Origin: Glaucostegus cemiculus
Lineage: Eukaryota
Direction: 5' to 3'
DNA: 64,000 nt
Assembly (NCBI GenBank): GCA_976551045.1
Contig: CDPCPM010000239.1
Span: forward strand, 7,068,001 to 7,132,000
Shown here: one piece after another, positions 13,359 to 25,955 of the stretch
Position numbering within the stretch: position 1 is the first letter of the stretch
How the letters are laid out: each line of letters starts with the position of its first letter
The notes under the pieces: generated by a model
Seen by the model: only the letters and a program-made list of their open reading frames with translations
Told to the model about the DNA's origin: nothing
Database searches by the model: none
Made by a program: the position numbers and the translations under genes

Positions 13359-13825
13359 TAATCCCCATTTACTGTTACTTTAACAGCTGTGGGCAAGTGA
13401 TTGACCAGCTGTCAACATTTATTTCACCATTCCTTTGTGATTAGGGCTTTTTTTTTAACTGGTCCAATATTCAAATGATCCTATTAATCTTGAAAAAGGC
13501 CCTGAAGACATGCAAAGCCTCATTGTATAGCGCCAAGACTGATCTGAGGTCTTCTGTTCTATGTATGTCCTCTGTTGTGTGAGTCTGGGAGAAAAGAAAA
13601 TTTCATTCCGCCACGTGTTTTTATAGCATGGATGAATGACAATAAAGTAACTTGAACTTGAAGTATATGTTCCAGCTGGGAGAGCAGCACTAGTTAATTT
13701 TGGACAATAAGTGGTTAACAGTGAGCTTGGGGCTCTCCACCAACTGGTTACTGTGTTTATATCTATCATTGACCATGGCTGCACTAATTGGTAAGTAGAC
13801 CACTTTCTTCTTAAGACTGAACATT

Positions 13826-14352
13826 AGACCATAGAACATAGATACTTACAGCACAATTCAGACCCTTCTGCCCACAAAGCTGTGCCGAACATGTCCCCAC
13901 ACTATTAGTCTACATAGCCTTCTATCTTATTTACCTCCATGTACCTATCCAACAGTCTCTTGAAAGACCCTATCGTATCTGCCTCCACCACCATTTCTGG
14001 CAGTCTATTCCACTCACTCACCACTCTCTGAGTAAAAGACTTACCCCTAACATCTCCCCTATATCTTCTCCCCAGCACCTTAAACCTATGTCCTCTTGTG
14101 GCTACCATTTCAGCCCTGGGGAAAAGCCTCTGACTATCTACCCTATCAATACCTCTCATCATCTTATACACCTCAATCAGGTCCCCCCTCATCCTCCTTC
14201 TCTCCAAGGAGAAAAGGCCGAGTGCCAGCAACTTGCTCTCATAAGGCATGCTCCTCATTCCAGGCTGCATCCTCATAAACCTCCTCTGCACCCTCTCTAT
14301 AGCTTCCACATCCTTCCTGCAGTGAGGCAACCAGAAATGAACACAACACTCT
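13826..14352 (-). mobile_element. young CR1 LINE 3' fragment
   Basis: ORF 13905-14468 is uninterrupted across the element: ECCVHFWLPHCRKDVEAIERVQRRFMRM..LGLFSLERRRMRGDLIEVYKMMRGIDRVD..FTQRVVSEWNRLP; CATAGA-repeat tail. Confidence 0.95.
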
Positions 14353-15654
14353 ATGTTGGCACTGTATTGGGCTAAATTCTTACCTAGGCACCGATTATTT
14401 GCAGGTTTACCTGTTAATTGCTTTTGATTTAGTTCAGTTTGTCCACCTCTACCTTCAAAACTAAACAACCAAAATCTAGAATGTTGGTAACTGATAAATA
14501 TTTATTTTTCAAAGTCAAAGTTGAATTCAGTCATACTCTGATCACTGTTCTCTTATTTTACTTAATTAACTATATCTGGCTGTTATAATAACCCACCCTT
14601 TTATTAATTCAATAAGATAGTACCACTAACTTTCACAACAAAAACTCAAGACATTCTAATGTAAGTCAGTCTGCTCCTCCCAATATAAATGTAAAATAAC
14701 GTCTCCTGTTAAAACAATGTTGATTTGCTGCAAACTTATTTAATCTCTGAATTAATACATTCTGCCACTCGTGGCTGCTGTCAATGGGCCCTGTTGATAA
14801 TTTATATTACTTTTAAGTCCTTTCTCATTCAAGGATCTAATTATCTTCCCTCATCTTATTATTTTATTCATAAGGCTATCTCAATTCCTCAACCAGTTTC
14901 CTTATTTTGTTTTCTGAGAAACTTGACCAAAATATTGATCAGTCTCTGGAACAGTAAATAGAAGTCAGCGAGGTGTGGAAATGAATATTTATTTTGTGGG
15001 ACCACTGCTATGGAGGAGTCAGATAGTGACATGCTATAGATTGGACTTTGTTCACTCTGTGCAGTGAAAGGCCTTTCTTTGGCATGTCCCATAATGACAG
15101 AGTGTGCATAGGAACAGAGGTAGGTTGCAGTTCAGGTTCATGGGTCACAGCAGGAAGTTGAAGGGAAAGGTCAAGGTAGTGAAGAATGGGCAAAGTCAGG
15201 GGAGAGAAATTGGTTCCCCAAAGAGACAATTTCAGGGTGATAGTTAAAGGGTTATGATTGGCTATTGGGTAATAGTTGGGGTTACAATTAGGTGCCAGGC
15301 TCAGGCTCATGATCTTCAAAGGTAAGGGTCTTGCACAGGGACCCAACAAGTTGCCTTCCCTTGGGCAAAATATATTAATAGGGACTGACCTGATAAATCG
15401 TCACAAGTCTGGACTTCATGATCCACACCCAATGTATCAGTTGTTATAATGAAACAAGCCAGACAATGTCAAAGCTTTCTTCTGCAAAGGTGGGCCACTA
15501 TCATCCATTGCCCCTCTTGGAAGAGGCCCTTTGATGAATCAGTGCATCAGATGCACAGAGAACCGAAGAAACAAAATGTGATCTCCGCACAGAATGCAGC
15601 AAGCCCACATTTCTTTGCCATTTTTTCATGGAAATTTGATCAAGTGCATGACAT

Positions 15655-15901
15655 TACCATCGAGGATGAGGTACAGGAGCCTGAAGACCCACACTGAATG
15701 ATTTAGCAACAGCTTCTTTCCCTCTGCCATCAGATTTCTGAATGTTTCATGAACCCATGAACACCACTTGGTTATTCCTTTTCTCTTGCACTATTTATTT
15801 ATTTTGTAATTTCTGGTAATTTCATGTCTTTGCACCATGCTGCTGCCTCAAAACAACAAATTTCATGACATATAAGTCAGTGATAATAAACCTGATTCTG
15901 A
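15655..15901 (+). mobile_element. Rex1/Babar-type LINE 3' end
   Basis: GAGGTACAGGAGCCTGAAGACCCACAC..AACAGCTTCTT..AATAAACCTGATTCTGA; same sequence as the 3' end of the element at 55.4-56.7 kb. Confidence 0.8.
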
Positions 15902-15987
15902 CATTAGTATTGTGCAATGCCGCCAAATTTTAGAATTCTTCAATCTCAACCATGTAACTCAAAATTATGAGTAACCTAGAGCCATGA

Positions 15988-16105
15988 CAGGTCTAATGAA
16001 ATGTCATTAACTTGAAACATTAATTCTGTCCTTCTCAATAATGCCTAACTTGCTGAGTATTTCCAGCATTTTCTGTTTTTCATTTCAGAATTCTAGAATT
16101 TGCAA
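15988..16105 (+). mobile_element. old PLE tail with hammerhead remnant
   Basis: CAGGT-CTAATGA-AATGTCATTAACTT-GAAAC-ATT-AATTCTG followed by TGCTGAGTATTTCCAGCATTTTCTGTTTTTCATTTCAGA. Confidence 0.55.
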
Positions 16106-16764
16106 AATGTTCCTTTCTGACCACTCCTTATGCATGGATCTGTTTCTATCTCACACTTCAACTCAAGGAATCTGAGCTGGAACATCAAAAGGCATTGATA
16201 TTTCCTGCAGATGTGGACATCTGGAACAGATGTAGTCAACAAGCTGCTACATATCACAGTCCCAACACACTGACTGCACCACTATATTTAATTTTATTTA
16301 TTTTGCATATTAGTTTAATTTAATTTTAGATTTAATAAATGTACATGAAGTAGATTATATTTATGAGATGAATTTACTATGATTTCATGTTAATTTATAA
16401 CTAATGTGCCTTAATTTTTGTTTAATGTTTTCAGTATCCTCTTAATTCTTATTAATTAATCATTTATGCCAAATTGTTACATAAAGCATTTTGAAACCCT
16501 TTATGTTGGCATCACCACTGAATTTATTTCTCTTGAGACTAAAGTTATTTACTAAATTTGTGTATTTTCATATTTATCATTGCAATATATTATTAAGCGT
16601 CTCATTTGCCCTTTACACTGAACTCCCACTCTCAAAATATCTTTTAACTCACATGCAGGATATGGACATTGTTGGCCCACCAATCTCATTCCGAATTGCC
16701 GTTGGGTGGTAATAGTGAGCTGTGGTCTTGAGATGGAGGCATTTCCATAGGATTATTTATTAAG

Positions 16765-16915
16765 AATACTTTCACTTAGATAGAACCTGACACACCCTTT
16801 TTGGGATGTTCCAAAGCACTTTACAGCCAAAGAGCTGTTTTTGAAGTATTCTCACTATTATAATTGAAGATAAACTGCATTCATTCAGTGCACAGTAATC
16901 TCCCACAAACATTGC
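16765..16915 (-). mobile_element. Deu-domain SINE 3' fragment
   Basis: CCAAAGCACTTTACAGCCAA..TTTTGAAGT..TCCCACAAAC is the reverse complement of the Deu-SINE 3' region. Confidence 0.55.
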
Positions 16916-17819
16916 ATGCTTTAGAAGAAAGAAATGACCAACTGGCTCTCAAACCTTCCCTGTCATTCAATAAAGTCATAGCTTAATGACTGTAACCCAA
17001 CTCTGCCTTCCCATCTACCACTAATAATCTGAAATGTCCATCTGTACTAATACGATATCTCTTACACTGAGTTTTTATTTTCTGCAAGGATTAGGAGTGA
17101 TATTTAATTCAAGAGTTCTTTGGATTTGATTGAAAATTTCCAATATTTTCAGGGATAACTAACAACGATAAGCAGAATAATGAATGAACAGCATCTGAGG
17201 TTCTTTCCAACTTCAAACACAAACACAAGGTCTGCATCACAAAACAGCCCTTTTGGCTCCACTGGTTCATGCCCATGTACATGCCCATTTCATCTCTCCT
17301 CTTCTAATCCAACCACATATTCTTATTTTACTTCTCACACTATATATTTATGTCCTAAAATACATCCATGCTGCCACTACAACCATACAGTGAACAAAGA
17401 GACTTGCTACAGTGAGCTACATACAGAATGGGCATATTGACTTTGATTAAAAAAAACTGAACCACTCCTAGAATTATGTTCACTTCATAGACAGTTCACG
17501 CAATGAAGAACATTTATTTAAAATAATGTGGTTTAAATCATTCATTAATTTGTTTATTTTAATTAGGTTCACGATACACTAAAATAACCACCCAGTAATT
17601 TACAATGATGCGGTCAACACAAATACTGCAGTGACCTGTTTTAACTACTGTTTTTCCCTAGAGAAAATGTGATAACATTGCTCCTCATCAGCCTCCTCTC
17701 AAAATGATGATATATTTTCAAACTACCATAAAAAGCTCAAGATTAATCATTCTCAAACAGGACTGAATCTTCCCTGGTGTTGCTCACAACAGGTCATTCC
17801 ATTCACTCCCCGTCATACT

Positions 17820-18350
17820 GAGATCACTCCCATCATACAGGAGATATATCCACTTCCTGTTCTTTTCATCTTTTGCTCACATTGTTTTTCTATTGTTGGC
17901 TCCATTCTCCTCACAATACCTTTGTTCCTTACCCACATTTAACTTTTCCATTTGTTTCATGCTTCTTTTCTTGTTCTTACTTCCCTGATAAGTCTTCTAT
18001 CTTCCCCTCAGCCTAATTCCCTCCATTCACACTGTTACTTATTTTCATTTAACTTCTATTAAACCTTACATTTCTCTTCCATTGCCTTTCCTAGTCCTCT
18101 ATCTATCTGTCTATCTATCTTTTTGTCTTCCTTTCTTTGAGCAAACCTCTGTTCACTGCCTCACTTTTCATTTCACATCATTGTCTATCTCCTTGTCCCT
18201 TTCAACAGCTGACATCCATCCATCCGTATCCAGTGTTTCTATGTTTTCAATGACCTAAAATGTTAAACCTTTTTCTCTTTCCTCAGATGCTGCCTGACCT
18301 GTTGAATATTTAAGCTCTTCCTACTATTATTTCAGATTTCCAGCATCTTT
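17820..18350 (+). mobile_element. old PLE 3' region
   Basis: Long CT-rich tract with (CTAT)n, ending CAGATGCTGCCTGACCTGTTGAATATT..TTTCAGATTTCCAGCATC. Confidence 0.6.
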
Positions 18351-18955
18351 CTTGTTTGCTCTCCACATTCCTCCTCTGAGTCTTCCGTCCTACATAATTT
18401 TCATAACCTTTTTGTTCCCTCACAGTTTAAACTATGTCCTATATTGACTGAGCTCAATAAAGCACATCATTGTTATGACATATAAGCAGTCTGGTCAGCT
18501 TTTGTAGTGGTCAGAACATTTGTGATGTGTAATTTCTACCCAGAAGCTGCGTGATACATCCTGTGATAGTTTTACCAAGTAAATATGAAGTTTCCAAATG
18601 GTGCAAACCTGCTGAAGAAAGCCAGCTTTACGTGAATGGAGGCAGGAATCGTAAAGATACAAAGAAAACCTCATTATTTGGGGTGGAATGAAACCCGCTG
18701 TCCATCTTCAACTGCTGAATTTTCAGGGATTGTAATTTATACTCTGACAATGGTGGATAGGTTGGATATTGCTGAAAAACAAACACCTCTGATTGATGCA
18801 TACTATTATTATTGTGCCACTCAGCATGCAATATAACATGGACAAAATATCTCATGCATTGCAAAATGCTGCAAGTTTCTTTCCCACTTCTACTCTTCCA
18901 AAACTGTCTTCACACAACAGTATATGATAGTTAAACTCATTTTTAAAGTTGCACT
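18050..18955. repeat. segment paralogous to 54458-56780 (left part direct, right part inverted)
   Basis: 18394-18483 aligns with 55353-55436 on the same strand (CTCACAGTTTAA..GTCCTATATTG). 18588-18955 aligns with the reverse complement of 54458-54880 (CAACTGCTGAATTTTCAGGGATT identical). Confidence 0.85.
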
Positions 18956-19307
18956 TTGTTTATTAAATGGCTAATAAACACGCCAAGGAAGGTTAACCTT
19001 GGTAATTATAGTTTAAATGTGTATTTAACATCATAATAATTATTACTGGTTGTCAGTTTCCAAAGTTTTCCCTAATGTTTCCTTGGTCTTTCTCGATTAA
19101 TCCAATGTATCTTTTTGCATCTCCTTCTGCACTTTATTTGACATTGATTTGACCCATTTAAATTCACCATCTGGCTTTTAAACTGTGTTGTTGATCGAGG
19201 TCCAAGACCCACAGTGCATCATTACCATATTGAGCTTTGTGAAAACAACTCTTTAATGCTTAAGTAAGACCAACAGATAAAGCCTGTGATTCCCACTCTG
19301 GCAAAAT

Positions 19308-19398
19308 AATTAACCACTTAAAAAGGTAAGTGGTTAATTTACTTGTTAAATAATAATTAACAAGTAAATTAACCACTTACCTTTTTAATCAGTGGTTA
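19308..19398. repeat. perfect inverted repeat (32-bp arms, 7-nt loop) with a nested 13-bp hairpin
   Basis: 19318-19349 TTAAAAAGGTAAGTGGTTAATTTACTTGTTAA is the exact reverse complement of 19357-19388. Also 19308-19320 pairs with 19327-19339. Confidence 0.97.
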
Positions 19399-19570
19399 TG
19401 ACCCCATTCGAATGAATGTGGTCACCCTACTAACGCCCTCTTTATATTGGAGTTTCACTGAACTCAGCAGAGTGTTAACTTGTCTCTGATGTAAATTTTT
19501 GATGGCTAGGCAGGGGAGATGGAAATGAGCTGATCTGTGAAGGGCATGTTGCTGGTGGTACTCTGCAGAT

Positions 19571-19817
19571 GGGTGGCACGATAGCGTAGCGGTTAGTGCG
19601 ACGCTGTTACAGCGCCAGCGATCGGGGTTCGATTCCTGTCACTGACTGTAAGGAGTTTGTACGTTCTCCCGTGTCTGCGTGGGTTTCCTCCGGGTGCTCT
19701 GGTTTCCTCCCACATTCTAAAAAAGACGTACGAATAGGTTAATTTGTGGGTTTAAAATGGGCGGTACGGACTCGTTGGGCCGAAAGGGCCTGTTACCACG
19801 CTGTCAATAAAAAAAAA
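19571..19817 (+). mobile_element. tRNA-derived V-SINE (HE1-like), CR1-tailed subfamily, young
   Basis: A box TAGCGTAGCGG; B box GGTTCGATTCC (19626-19636); V domain GTTCTCCCGTGTCTGCGTGGGTTTCCTCCGGGTGCTC; tail TGGGCCGAAAGGGCCTGTT plus A-rich end; many CpGs retained. Confidence 0.92.
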
Positions 19818-19849
19818 TATGGCTCAGTAAATCTGAAGCCATGGTCATC

Positions 19850-20175
19850 AGTCATCTCCAAAGGGAGCACCTGGGTTCAATGCTGACCTCAGATGCTGAC
19901 TTAATGGAGTCTGCATTTTCTCCCTGTGACTGTGTGCCTTTCCTTCAGTGCTGTGATTTCCTTCTGCACCTCAAAGGCATGCTGATAGCCATGTTGGCTA
20001 CTGTTAATTGCCAACACTGTTGGCAAGTGATGAGAGGACCAAAGGAGAGGTGATGGTCATGTGAGAGGGAATTTGTTGCAAACTTACAGAGAAATAAAAG
20101 GGGATTGAGATTGATGGGATTGCTCTGATGGGAGCCAGCATGGATCTGATGTGTTCCATGGGCTTCTTCTGTGTC
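19850..20175 (+). mobile_element. old V-SINE copy
   Basis: CTGGGTTCAAT..GGAGTCTGCATTTTCTCCCTGTGACTGTGTG..TTTCC, a diverged V domain. Confidence 0.6.
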
Positions 20176-20189
20176 TTCAACAGTTAATT

Positions 20190-20615
20190 AACACACTCCC
20201 AGACAATTATCAGACTCTGAAAACAGGTCTTCTATTACTGAGCTCAGTAAGACTGAAGCAAGGAGAACAGAGAAAATAGTTCAAGAATATTCTCAGAGGC
20301 TTCTTGAATAAATGTAACATCTCCACATTTACTTGTGGGAATCTCCGACCTATGACCACTCACAATGGAGAAGAAGCATCCAGGATGGCAGTGGAAACCT
20401 TGAATGTCTTCTTTGGGAGATGACAGAAGCCCCATAAAAATGATGGAAAGAGAGCCCCATCTCCCACACTACTGACTTACTCACCCAGAGAGCATCAAGC
20501 TCCTCCTGCCCAACTGTGACAGAGTCTGCACTTCTCACATCAACCACCTGAGAGCTCATAGAACTGAAGCGAAGGACATCACCCTTGATCTCTGAGGTAC
20601 TATTTAAAAAGAAGA
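20190..20615 (+). mobile_element. RTE-clade LINE 3' fragment
   Basis: Frameshifted peptides like KQVFY.EL, RK.FKNILRG.LNKCNIST and WRRSIQDG resemble the RTE ORF C-terminus; ends in an AAGAAG tail. Confidence 0.65.
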
Positions 20616-22312
20616 AAACTAATTGTAAGTGAAGAGAACAAAGCCTAATGTTTAAAACTGTGGGAATTAAACAGGTAAACGCAGTGCAGCAATAAATCAA
20701 CAGTAAGTATCATGACACAGTGCTCTGAATTTTTAATTGTGAGAAGAACTACATTTTACAGAAGTGACCTTCCCCTGTCATACCCAACATAAATCACTCG
20801 TGCCAATCCCTTTCTACATGAAATATAATGAATCACTTCTTCATTTGAGGAGTTCAGCAGTTAACTTCTTGAGATTATTCTTGAACTGCTTCACGTTAAC
20901 TACCACCGGAACATCTTTTGTGCTTTGAGTGTGACCGCTAATTGTATGCTAATATTGGCTTTGCTCAGAAATTTGTCCTTTAATGTTAGGGTTAAACATT
21001 ATCTGCATATTCTACTCCACTTCCAATTTTTGATTACCTTAACTTAAATTCAAAGGCAGCGTACACTGCAATAGCCACACATTGTACATTGAATGTTAGT
21101 TACTGAGGACCGTCTCTAGTTTCCAGCTATCATCTTTCACTTCCAGACTTTAATACACAGCTTACAAATAATTAATTGAAAGTATGGACGAATTTCTTGT
21201 TTTCTGTTAGTTCTAAGTCTTTCACGATTCAGTAATATAAATCTCATCTGAGGCTTGTTTTTGGCACCAGAAGATTTGTGTCACATTTCCTTTGGAGAGA
21301 AAAAAAGTTTAAATTTTATTGTTGCACTATGATGCATTTTGAAGCTCTAATAAATGACTTATAGCAACATTCCATTTGTGTAACAATTTCATTTGTAGCA
21401 GATTGAATTCTGAATTCTTTGAAATGAAAACTGAGGCACAGTCTGCAAGTGTAATATTGTTAAGTAAAAATTTCCATTTTTCAAGTGCCAAGAAGGGTCC
21501 TTTATGAATACATTAATGTAAACTATACAAGACAGATCCACAGGACAAGAGAGCAGGATATAGTACAAAATATTGCAGAAATGGTGACTTGTGTCATGTA
21601 ACAGGTTGCCAATATCTGTATGATTTCAGAATGTAGTGAAAAATTGATGGAAAATGATGCAAGGGATATGAGTTTTTTTATATAGATTTTTAGTGAAAAA
21701 ACTGGATAAATATAATATGCGAAAAACTGTTTTTTCTCTGCTATACTTGAACAGACAACAATTAATGGGATCTCTTGCAGTGGTTTTGATCACGATTGGA
21801 AAAGTGGGGTGGTCTGATTGGAATTTCCATTTATTTCCGCCTTACTGTCCCGATTTTCTTTATTTTGTTTTGCAGGACTTTAAAAGACTGTTGGTAGGGT
21901 TAGAGGGTGTGTCTTTAAGTCACTACAGGCATCATGATTATGGAAAAGAAACTCAAGTGCAGAAAAATTAATGCATACTGCTTTAGTCCAGTCCTTCCCA
22001 CCATCCAGGTCTCCAAAACTCTCCTTTCACTGGAATCCACATTTATTTGAATTTCTTTTGATTTCGGACCATCGTGAACTCAAATTCAGCTGCTGTTTGG
22101 GCACCATCTGAGCCAGTTGGTTTCTGTTATTGCATCCAATACGTGGATGCACATTACAGCAAGGGAAAGTCATCTGCTCATGGGACACTGCCAATATATT
22201 GGGAAAAAAATGTTGTGTAGGCAGATTGTGATGCCAATCAGAGGCAAAGGTGATCATAACATGATGAGATTTTACATTAAGTTTGGAAATGATTCAGTTC
22301 AATTTGAAATTT

Positions 22313-22563
22313 GGGCAGCACGATAGCGTAGCGGTTAGTGCGACGCTGTTACAGCGCCAGTGACTGGGGTTCGATTCCCGTCGCTGACTGTAAGGAGTTT
22401 GTACATTCTCCCGTGTCTGTGTGGGATTCCTCCAGGTGCTCCGGTTTCCTCCCACATTCTAAAGACGTACGGGAAGGTTAATTTGGGGGTTTAACATGGG
22501 CGGCGCGGACTCGTTGAGGCGAAAGGGCCTGTGACCACGCTGTAAATAAAATTTAAAAAAAAA
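22313..22563 (+). mobile_element. tRNA-derived V-SINE (HE1-like), CR1-tailed subfamily
   Basis: Near-identical to 19571-19817, with A/B boxes, V domain and GCGAAAGGGCCTGT tail. Confidence 0.92.
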
Positions 22564-22794
22564 TCAGGGTCTTAAGTCAAAACCAAGCCACAAAGCTCTG
22601 AGACATAAGGTGGCTATGATAGACTGGGTTAACCCCAAATAATAATAAAAATAATAATACATTGACATGTATGACAGTTATTAAAGAATTAATATACAAT
22701 TTTCAATAAATATATACCCCAATAGGAAATGTGACCCAGCTGCAACTAACAAGAGAATTTATAGGTAGGTCAAGCAGCATCTGTGGAAGTCCAT

Positions 22795-23810
22795 AACCAT
22801 GATTTGGATGAGAGGACCAAGTATCTTATATCTACGTCTGCTGATGAAACAACAATGGGTGCATGTATGTGTTGGGAGAAGGATACAAAGAAACTTCAGG
22901 GGGATACAGACACACTAAATGAATGGGTGAGGATGTGGAAGATAGAATATAACGTGGTGATACATCCGGTCATCTATTTTGGTGGAAAACAAAATGAGAA
23001 GTTGTTTTTTTTATTGGTAAGAGGTTAACAGATATTATTGTTCAGAGGGTTATTGTTGCCTCTGAGTCACTGGTAGTTAATATTCAGGTACAGCAAGTAA
23101 TGAGGAAGGCAAATGTTATGTTGGTTATTATTGTAAGAAGATTTGAATAGAAGAGTAAAGACATCTTTGTGGAATTATACAAAGACCAGGTCTTCCATCT
23201 CTTGCCTAAGGAGGAATAAACTATGACAGAGGGAGTGCAGCAAATGTTCACCAGTTTGCTTATTGGGATGAGTTTTTCCATTTGAGGATAGATTAAACAG
23301 ATTCAAGTTCAGAAAAATGAGAAACATGAAATTCTTACAGAGCTTGATAGGGTTGAGGTAAGAATAATGTTTCCCCTGGCTGTGTTGTCTAGAACCAAAT
23401 GTCACATGAAAGATGTAGACCATTCAGACTGAGATAAGATGAAATTTCTTGCCAATGGGCAGAGAATTTTTAGAATTCTCTCCCCAAGTGGACTGTGATG
23501 GCTGAGCTGTGAAGTATACTCACAATAGACAATTTCTGAAAGATCGAGGAATTGAGCGTTATGGGGAGCTGGCATAGAAGAGGAGTTGAGGCCAGAATAG
23601 ATCAGACGTGACCACATTGAATAGCGGAGCAGGCCTGAGGGACCTGTCAGCCAACTCCTTCTCCATTTTCTCGTGTTCTTATGATAGATTTTTGGCTAAA
23701 CTTTGGTCAAAGGTATGGAGTTAGTGCAGGAAAGTGGTGCTGAGGTAAAACCTTAGCCAGGACAGAACATGCATGAGGAGCTGAATGCTTCTATTTCTAA
23801 TGTTTTCTTA
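22795..23810 (+). mobile_element. old CR1 LINE fragment(s)
   Basis: ORF 22783-23028 DLDERTKYLISTSADETTMG..LQGDTDTLNEWVRMWKIEYNV (decayed FADD region), followed by CR1 3' UTR-like ends. Confidence 0.8.
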
Positions 23811-24829
23811 TTCTCTGTACAGGTTAAACAGTTACCTGTTTAAATGTTTTTCACTTCTGGGAGAGCAGCTGTTAACTGAATCATTAACTTCTTGCCTCCC
23901 CTCAGATACCACATGACTAGCTGTAAGATTGCAGCATGTTAATTTGTTTTTTTGATCTGAATATCAAGGTAGCCACGTTCAGCTCAAAAGGTTGTACAAT
24001 AAGTTAATTCATTAGTGCACCATTGAAAGTCTGCTTTACTTCTAAGGGAACCTCTTGAGAATAACTGTGTGTACCATTATATCCAAACCTGAGGCCTTTT
24101 ATGTGAAATATAAGATTTGGTCACACATTAGCCACAGACGAGCAGCCAAATAAGTAAAAACCAACTTTCAAAGGACTGAAGAGATTCTTTGAATTGAAGA
24201 TTGTGTACCAGGAGGAACTGGTGTTTTGATTCTGATCTCAAGTGATGATATTCTTTAATATCGCATGTCACTGAAAACCTCATTGTCAAATGCATGGATA
24301 TTTGACCACTGGGCATAAAAGAGTATACAGTATATCACCTTAACAAGCAGCGCATCCATATTCGACGCACTCATGAGTTAATTGCAGGTGATCGGGAGCT
24401 GTGCTTTTACTTTGCAGAAGCTCCATTTTGTGACTCATACTGAGATCTGCAGTGATATCCATCATTTCTGGGATTGTAAATATGATCTACTTGCACTCAG
24501 CACATTTTCTTCTGGCTCCTTTGTTTTGCTGATTATGTATTTTCATTAGCTTTTCCAAGAATTCAGCATTTTGCATTTATTTCTGATCACACGATATCCC
24601 AAAACACTTCACTCACTGTTGTTCCTTCATCACCACTGAAGCACCCTCTGGAGTTCATTACCAAAGAACCATGTGGGCACCATTGCCAGCAGTCTTTGGT
24701 AACTCAAGTCAATGTCTATTTACTTCCTTTTCCTGGGGAACTAGGGATGGGCAATGACTGTTGTCACTGTTGACAATGACTACATTCTTTAAGCAAACAA
24801 TTTAAACAATTTGCAAGGAAATTCGTTAG

Positions 24830-25020
24830 ATATTTATGCTCAATAAAACACCAGGAAAGTGATGGTGAGAAAATTGAGGGATCAGCATTGTCCAAGATAT
24901 CAGAAGAACACCACTCATCCTTTTCAGAAGTGCCACTTCATCTTTTATGTCCACTTGAGAGGACAGACAGCTTTTGATGCCGCCATTTACTGAAGAAGTG
25001 TTTATAGTCTCACAACACAG
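24830..25020 (-). mobile_element. Deu-domain SINE fragment
   Basis: Reverse complement CTCTCAAGTGGACATAAAAGATG..GGCACT..ATCCCTCAA matches the Deu core seen at 8.45 kb. Confidence 0.6.
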
Positions 25021-25644
25021 ATGTTGGGGATTGAAGTGCTTTATCAATGGTTTTGTATGAATGCTGTTTGGGTTACGTTGAAGATGCCTATTTAATTATT
25101 ACTAAAATTATCAGTAAACATTGCTGTATTGTTCATTGCACTCTGCAACAGGATCTTTCGATGAACCATTATTTTCCTCACTCTGGAAGCAAAATAGCAG
25201 AGTAATTGCTTTCCAGAGTCTGAACATTATTTTCAGTACACCCTATGGCTTCACACTAGAATTGACCAGCGCTTCATATTGTCCTTTAATCTAAGTCTTC
25301 CTATGCTTTACGATTTTTTTCATGTAATTCTGAACATTTTTACCCATGCCTTTTGTACGCCACATGATTTCACTTCCACACTGAACAACCAACACAAATA
25401 GATCCACTTCAGTGGAAGGTGACACCTTGTCCACAGTCTCATCATGTTGCTATATACAGATGACAAAATGGATGCAAACACACAGGTAGCAAATATCCAC
25501 AGTCTTTGATCATCTGCTCCTGCCTTCTACTTTTCATTGGGGGAAAACTGTACCCCAAATGGGGTACATCACCTGACGTGTAGCTGCTCTGTATATTTAT
25601 AAACAGCTTGTGAACATCAATGACAATGTTACCGATTTTTGGTT

Positions 25645-25955
25645 AATTCTTAATTGTCCCTGAACTGAGGAGGCATTTAAGAGTCACTTAAGTTGTTGGG
25701 TCCAGAGTCACATACAGTTAAGGCTGAGTAAAGATGAGAGAGTTCCTTCTCTGAGGACATCAATGAATCAAAGTTTTTTTATGACAATCCAATAGTTTCA
25801 TGGTCACCATGGAGACAGGTTTTTAATTCCAGAGTTATTGACTTACTTGAATTACATTCGCCAGTTGTTATGGTGGGTTTTGAACTCATGACTCATGATT
25901 AATGGTCCCGAACTCTGACAACTAGTCCAGTAAACTGAACTACAAAGCTATACTA
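25645..25955 (-). mobile_element. tRNA-derived SINE with L2-type tail
   Basis: Minus strand: ACTGGACTAG..GAGTTCAAAACCCACCA (B-box-like)..GGTGACCATGAAACTATTGGATTGTC..GTGACTCTGGACCCA..GGGACAATTA. A more decayed relative lies at about 50.4-50.7 kb. Confidence 0.5.

Noticed and set aside
18636-18836. ORF ending YTLT..DAYYYYCAT, like an Ig/TCR V-segment end
   Set aside because: No correctly spaced first Cys and Trp, no CACAGTG heptamer or nonamer after it, and the paralogue at 54.6 kb reads DACYLCCAH.
19210-19248. RSS-like CACAGTG plus 23-nt spacer
   Set aside because: Poor nonamer (TGAAAACAA) and no adjacent V or J segment.
19571-19645. tRNA gene
   Set aside because: The A/B boxes continue into the V domain and LINE tail with no poly-T terminator; it is a SINE head. 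The same applies to the other copies.
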